This document shows, in pieces, positions 60,279 to 64,000 of a stretch of 64,000 nucleotides of DNA (position 1 is its first letter; the number at the start of each line of letters is the position of its first letter). The position numbers and the translations under genes were made by a program. Under the pieces are notes generated by a model. That model saw nothing but the letters and a program-made list of their open reading frames with translations, was not told where the DNA came from and did not search any database. This DNA is from Candidatus Bathyarchaeota archaeon (GTDB lineage: Archaea; Thermoproteota; Bathyarchaeia; 40CM-2-53-6; RBG-13-38-9), in assembly GCA_963807605.1 (NCBI GenBank), contig CAWECG010000003.1, forward strand, positions 576,001-640,000, read 5' to 3'.

Positions 60279-60926
60279 ATGTCCAAGATTAGTGAGACGA
60301 TAAAGGAAGCTTTGTTATCTTTTGATCAAGATAGACTGGTTGAAGTGACAAGGAAAGGTCTGGATGAAGGTCATAGCCCGCAGGAAATCATCAACGCACT
60401 CACAACTGCCCTGAAAGAGGTTGGTGAGAAATTCGAAAAAGGCGAATTTTTCCTTGCGGAATTGGTTACTGCTGGTGAAGCTGCCAGAACGGTCATTTCG
60501 GAATACTTGAAACCTCTTCTTAAGAAATCAGGGATGACCGGTGAGGCTATTGGAAAGATCGCTATAGGAACCGTCGCCGGAGACATACACGATATAGGCA
60601 AGGGCATAGTTGCTTCGATGCTTTTCATAGCCGGGTTTGAAGTGATAGATCTGGGGGTTGATGTACCCATCGAGAAGTTTCTCCAGGTTGTAAGGGAGAA
60701 CACGCCAGACATCTTAGCTATGTCTGCTCTGCTGAGCACCACTATTCCAGTACAGAGAGAAGTGATTGAAGCTCTCGAACAGAACAAGTTGCGGGAGAAA
60801 CTGAAGGTGATAGTCGGTGGTTCCGCTGTAACAAAGGAGTGGGCTGAAGAGATAAATTCAGATGGTTATGCTGAAGATGCAAGCGGAGCGGTGAAGCTCG
60901 TCAAGAGGTTACTTAGAGATCAGTGA
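60279..60926 (+). CDS. Corrinoid protein (MttC/MtgC-like)
   Basis: GDIHDIGKG, DLGVDV, SALL, YAEDA. Confidence 0.93.
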   Translation: MSKISETIKEALLSFDQDRLVEVTRKGLDEGHSPQEIINALTTALKEVGEKFEKGEFFLAELVTAGEAARTVISEYLKPLLKKSGMTGEAIGKIAIGTVAGDIHDIGKGIVASMLFIAGFEVIDLGVDVPIEKFLQVVRENTPDILAMSALLSTTIPVQREVIEALEQNKLREKLKVIVGGSAVTKEWAEEINSDGYAEDASGAVKLVKRLLRDQ

Positions 60927-60935
60927 GGGGAGCTT

Positions 60936-62390
60936 ATGATCGACCATCCAAAGATAGGAATCTTCGAAGTATTCTCAAAAGAGGATGTTTACAGGATTCA
61001 CACCGCTACCTTGGAAGTCTTAGAGAGGGTCGGCGTCAGGGTCGAAGAAGAAAATGCTTTGAAACTATTGGAGGAAATAGGATCGGATGTTGACTTTGCG
61101 AAGCAGATTGTGAAGATACCTCAACACATTGTAGAAGAAGCAATCAGACTCTCGTCGAGAACCATATTGTTTGCAGGTAGAGACAAGAAGAAGGACATAA
61201 GATTAGAGGGAAGGAGAGTCAATTTTGGTCTGGGAGAGGGAGCTACTAACTTCCTCGACTCTGAGACTGGTTCGATCAGACCTGCTACAAAGATGGATGC
61301 GGCGAACGCATCAAAACTTGCGGATGCTCTGCCCAACATAGATTTTGTGATGTCACTTTTCACAGCTCAAGATGTTCCCAAATCAGTCTTACCATTGCAT
61401 GATCTTGATGCGGCGTTAAGGAACACAGAGAAGCCGGTGATGGTTGTGGACTTCGGTCTAGATGCCACCTATCTGATACAGATGGCGGCGGCAGTCGTTG
61501 GGGGGGAGGAAAGACTCAAGGAAAGGCCAATACTGGGCATGTATAGTGAGCCTGTCTCGCCCTTAACACACGGAAAGGACCATGTGAGAAACCTCATGAC
61601 TTTTGCAAAGGCCGAGCTGCCCATCGTGTATATTCCATCGCCTGCGTGTTGCTCGACAGCACCCGCAACTGTTGCGGGATCAGTAGTTCAAGCCAATGCT
61701 GAGACTCTGAGCGGAAACGTCATTGCACAGTTCACGAAGAAGGGTGCCAAGTTCGTGTATGGATCGGACACGTCAGTCATGGATCAGAGAACTGGCGTCT
61801 GGTCCTACGGATCACCAGAATGGATGATCACTAACCTTGCTATGGCTCAGCTTGGACGTTATTACAGGCTCCCGATCTGGAGCTCAGGAGGTTGTTCAGA
61901 TTCTAAGATCTTGGATGGGCAAGCCACTTTAGAAGCAGGCTTCAGCCTCTTCTTCGCAGCTGCAAGTGGGGCAAACATGGTACATGACGTTGGGTCCTAT
62001 TTGAACTTCGGTCTTACCGGAAGTCTGGATCTTGTCACAATTTGCGATGAGATCATCTCTATGATCACTTACCTCCTCAGAGGAATTGAGGTTAACGAGG
62101 AGACTCTTGCTGTCGACATCATTAGCAAGGTGGGACCAGGCGGCCATTTTATCACGCAAAAGCACACGTTAGATTTCTTCAAGAAAGAGCATTGGATGCC
62201 TAATCTCTTGGACAGACAGATGAGAAACAATTGGGTTAAGAGCGGTTCAAAAGACCTGGTGCAAAGGGCAAGGGAGAAAACCAGAGATATTCTGTCCAAA
62301 CATCAACCTACTCCCCTTTCAACTGATGTCGAAAGGAATCTTGACGCCGCACTAAAAAAGGCGGAAAAGGAGATCCTAGCACACGGCTGA
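60936..62390 (+). CDS. MttB-superfamily methyltransferase without pyrrolysine
   Basis: PVSPL, APATVAG, DQRTG...GSPE, SDSK..DGQ, VGPGGHF; no in-frame TAG. Confidence 0.92.
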   Translation: MIDHPKIGIFEVFSKEDVYRIHTATLEVLERVGVRVEEENALKLLEEIGSDVDFAKQIVKIPQHIVEEAIRLSSRTILFAGRDKKKDIRLEGRRVNFGLGEGATNFLDSETGSIRPATKMDAANASKLADALPNIDFVMSLFTAQDVPKSVLPLHDLDAALRNTEKPVMVVDFGLDATYLIQMAAAVVGGEERLKERPILGMYSEPVSPLTHGKDHVRNLMTFAKAELPIVYIPSPACCSTAPATVAGSVVQANAETLSGNVIAQFTKKGAKFVYGSDTSVMDQRTGVWSYGSPEWMITNLAMAQLGRYYRLPIWSSGGCSDSKILDGQATLEAGFSLFFAAASGANMVHDVGSYLNFGLTGSLDLVTICDEIISMITYLLRGIEVNEETLAVDIISKVGPGGHFITQKHTLDFFKKEHWMPNLLDRQMRNNWVKSGSKDLVQRAREKTRDILSKHQPTPLSTDVERNLDAALKKAEKEILAHG

Positions 62391-62658
62391 TCAAACCATT
62401 CTGACTCTAGCGCGCGCTCTTGACTATGCCTCCGGAGGACTAGGCCTCGAGGCAGCTAGCAAAAGAGTCACATTTTTTGACACGGATATTCTTCAGAAGA
62501 GTCTACCTAGCTGAACGTCTGCGCCTTTTCATTCTACGGATCGATCTACCCGCGATCCAAGAATCTTTCGATTTTCCGACCCAAGTACTCATTACAGGGA
62601 ACCGCCTTGTTATCGGTCTAAGGTTACAGAAGCTTTTCTCAGCCAGTATCCTTATCCT

Positions 62659-63420
62659 CTAGTGTCTCGCGACAAAAGCAATTGCCCTTACGGGTGAACC
62701 TGAGCCGTGCTTTATGTTCAGGGGGAATGCGAAAAGGTAAGCGCCGTTGGGGGGCAACTGCCTGAGATTCTTCAAACCTTCCAAAATGGGGATTCCATGA
62801 TCACGGAGAAGCACGACGTGGGCGGGTTCAACCTTTCCAAGATTATGTGCATCTAGAAAAGCCGAGATAGAATCCACTGTCGGCGTATCAGTTCCGACCA
62901 TCCTAACCTTTCTCTTTCCTAGATACGCCGCCGCTTCAACGGAGAGACCTGGAAAATCCCTTAGGTATTTGCCTACACTAAACCGATTCTGCCGTTGGCT
63001 TTTGATGGCCCAGTGCTTGTCCCAGCCGTACCTGAGAAGAATAATTTCATCGCGAGAGATGTCACCGTGAGTCTTTTCCCACTTTTTGATCTCTGCGGCT
63101 GAGACTTGTTCGCCCATTTTTTTGGATTCAAGATTAATGACTCGGCAAGGACCATGCCATCTGTCTGGTTCTACGTCATCAAGCCACTTGGCGCCGCCAA
63201 CATGTGAAGGAGCATCTACGTGTGTTGCGTGATGCTCCGGTATCTGCAGGACGTAGGCGTTGTAGCCGTCTCCCATTTTTCTTGACATCCAGACCATATG
63301 GTAGTATGGAAGATAGCATGGGGTTCCCTCCTCAAGGACAAGGGTCAAATCGATTGCCCTGTAATGAGTGAAAATTTCATCAAGCTGCAATATTCGACAT
63401 CTCCAGGGGATTCTTCTCAT
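62659..63420 (-). CDS. Cyclase/kynurenine formamidase family metal hydrolase
   Basis: EHHATHVDAPSH, FPGL, GTD..VD, E.L.NL, GSPVRA. Confidence 0.92.
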   Translation of the reverse strand: MRRIPWRCRILQLDEIFTHYRAIDLTLVLEEGTPCYLPYYHMVWMSRKMGDGYNAYVLQIPEHHATHVDAPSHVGGAKWLDDVEPDRWHGPCRVINLESKKMGEQVSAAEIKKWEKTHGDISRDEIILLRYGWDKHWAIKSQRQNRFSVGKYLRDFPGLSVEAAAYLGKRKVRMVGTDTPTVDSISAFLDAHNLGKVEPAHVVLLRDHGIPILEGLKNLRQLPPNGAYLFAFPLNIKHGSGSPVRAIAFVARH

Positions 63421-63634
63421 TGTTTCGTCTTAAATTGTTGCGGATCTTAGTTACTCGGATAGGAAGCGTAGTACTTTACGGTGATCCCCGTAATGGCGTT
63501 GGCGATATCCTCTCTGGATCATCCAAATCCCTGCCAGAAAGAGATTTTCCACAGAATGCACAGTCCCACACGAATTAGTTGACAGTTGGCTGACTCAGCC
63601 AAGGATTATATTATTTCACATGGATTGATCCATT

Positions 63635-64000
63635 ATGCTTCCGAAGCTTGACGAGATAGAGAAGCGACGCAAACGTCTTAGTTTGAGCCAGAAGGAGTTG
63701 GCCCGAACGGTTGGGGTCAGCCAATCGATGATCGCAAAGATAGAAACTGGTAGAATAAACCCATCATACATAAAGACGAAGGCCATATTCGATTTACTTG
63801 AGAGTCTTGAGAAGAAGAGAGAGACCAAGGTCGGGGAGATCGTTCAGGGAAAGGTTGTGGGTGTCCAGAAGGATGATCCCGTATCGAAGGCTACAAGAGC
63901 GATGAATGAGACGGGTTACTCTCAGCTTCCAGTCTTCGAGGCCGGCAAGGTTGTAGGGAGCATTACTGAGAAGACAGTTCTTAATCAGATACTTGCAGGA
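63635..64000 (+). CDS. XRE-HTH plus CBS domain regulator (runs off window end)
   Basis: Manual translation MLPKLDEIEKRRKRLSLSQKELARTVGVSQSMIAKIETGRINPSY...YSQLPV. Confidence 0.9.
   Translation, partial: MLPKLDEIEKRRKRLSLSQKELARTVGVSQSMIAKIETGRINPSYIKTKAIFDLLESLEKKRETKVGEIVQGKVVGVQKDDPVSKATRAMNETGYSQLPVFEAGKVVGSITEKTVLNQILAG

Noticed and set aside
60936-62390. Pyrrolysine-containing MttB
   Set aside because: The ORF is uninterrupted with no in-frame TAG.

Overview
Archaeal genomic window, most consistent with a TACK-lineage archaeon such as Bathyarchaeia (inference from gene content: two proteasome beta subunits, translin, Alba, DUF2153, corrinoid/MttB/MtaA methyltransferases, tRNAs with non-canonical BHB introns). 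It has four parts. (1) 1-14.4 kb: an accessory region with copper, acid and stress genes (YHS-CopA, CopZ, OsmC, P3A-type H+-ATPase, MFS), a broken AbiE-like toxin-antitoxin pair and a broken tyrosine integrase next to tRNA-Val(GAC). (2) 14.6-34.5 kb: core genes (L37e, Sm, aCPSF1, proteasome, Hef-like helicase, RtcA, Tyw1, EndoV, RibK/RibL, Dph5). (3) 34.6-42.4 kb: tRNA-Lys(CTT) with two introns (9/10 and 30/31), followed by accreted islets carrying extra information-processing genes (TBP relic, Alba, RPA-like, N-domain-less Pelota-like protein, divergent HflX). (4) 42.5-64 kb: a catabolic cluster (ACD ligases, Fe-ADH, SDRs, F420-type LLMs, CoA-transferase, DUF362, corrinoid plus non-Pyl MttB, cyclases). 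The most unusual signals are non-coding: alternating purine-pyrimidine palindromic tracts (GCGCGC, ACGCGT, GTGCAC) at the breakpoints of truncated genes, a dispersed family of 28-bp 11-6-11 sites (GTGTGTGCCWT-NNNTGG-TDAGYR), and homologous element ends terminating in tRNA 3' fragments. Together these suggest an undescribed cassette-shuffling or DNA-joining system in the accessory genome. All protein assignments come from motif recognition by eye; no database searches were run.
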